A stretch of 64,000 nt of DNA, taken from Octopus bimaculoides. Its lineage: Eukaryota. The notes beneath the pieces are model-generated. The model was given only the letters and a program-made list of their open reading frames with translations, did not search any database and was not told where the DNA came from. Numbering within the stretch: the stretch's first letter is position 1; every line of letters begins with the position of its first letter. The stretch is from contig NC_068984.1 in assembly GCF_001194135.2 (NCBI RefSeq), forward strand, positions 10,591,435 through 10,655,434, in the 5' to 3' direction. Below are positions 63,031-64,000 of the stretch, one piece after another. Made by a program: the position numbers and the translations under genes.

Positions 63031-64000
63031 TATGTGTGTGTGTGTGTTTGTACTCTTGCCTGGACATCATATGATGGTTGTAAATGAGCATCACCCTCAT
63101 GCAGAAATTGTTTGCTTACAATTTTCTTTGAAAAATAAAAATGTCTAACAATGGGAAAATAATGCCTTACTTGAAAACAGGTGAAGGTTGCCAATAGGAA
63201 GGGCATCCAGCCAGAGAAATGTCTGTCTGAACAATTTTTGTCTGACCCATGCAAGCATGGAAAAGTAGACATTCAATGATGATGTTGAGTTGGGTTTGTG
63301 AATTGTAATCTATTGAACTTTCCAATACCTGAACATAAGTGTGTATAATTTATTATTATTATTTCTTTTATTAAATATCTTTGGGAAAGTTAATATGATG
63401 ATCTTCACTGGAAATTTATTTTTTATTCTTCTTGAATCTATGCTTATTTTTAATTTTTTTACTTCCTTTTTTTAAAAATTTCTTTTTCTCCCAGGTAAGC
63501 TTCTGATATAATCTTCAATATTTTTCGGGAGAGGTTTTTAAGAGTAATCATCATTGAGCAGATCTAATTCATTCTGTCTTTTAAAAATGCTGCTTCCTAT
63601 CAAATCTTTACCATATGTTACTATCAAACAGTTATTCAAGTTTGGTTACCTCCAAAAATATAGTCCTCATGAATATTCTCTTTTTACATAAAATCATATT
63701 CATTATTTTTAATGTACCTTTCTGAAACCTGCACTTTTCTCCAGTCTTTCTTTGTTTTTTTTTATTTTGTATTATTATTGTTATCATTATTGTTATTATT
63801 GCTGCTGTTATTATTATTATTATTATCATTATTATTATTATCATTATTATTATTATTCTACTTTACTTTCACATCCTGAAAAAAAAAAATCAATATTCTT
63901 CTCAGTGCAGTTAGTTATAGAGCAGCGGAATGATTTTTGGTTGTAAAAATGTTAGCAATTTTCAATACGTTCTTTTAAGGATTGTCTGTAAAAAATACAG

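Noticed and set aside
9-63946. Numerous 60-290 aa ORFs rich in YI, HT, CV, SL or X
   Set aside because: Translations of (TA)n, (CA)n, (CT)n, (CTAT)n microsatellites or of N gaps.

Overview
AT-rich, microsatellite-laden eukaryotic DNA from a gapped draft scaffold. The repeat content looks to me like an octopod cephalopod (Octopus-like); this is an inference, not a database result. No complete or recognisable host gene is present, and almost all ORFs in the track are microsatellite or N-gap artefacts. The window is dominated by: (i) about 30 copies or fragments of a tRNA-headed SINE (my label: family A) plus several other SINE families; (ii) 3' ends of at least three RTE-clade LINEs, one with a 66-67 bp VNTR in its 3' UTR (family B); (iii) a CR1/L2-type RT fragment, a full-length decayed Tc1/mariner DD37D (maT) transposon, and TTAA (piggyBac-like) and TA (mariner-like) MITEs. 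The most interesting signal is a set of mutually unrelated foldback or inserted repeats carrying minimal type I hammerhead-ribozyme architecture (best at 34608-34651, minus strand; others at 51703, 19969, 13922, 36165), suggesting Penelope-dependent retrozyme-like elements. A few low-confidence exon candidates are listed. Repeat boundaries are by eye and approximate unless a TIR or TSD is quoted.
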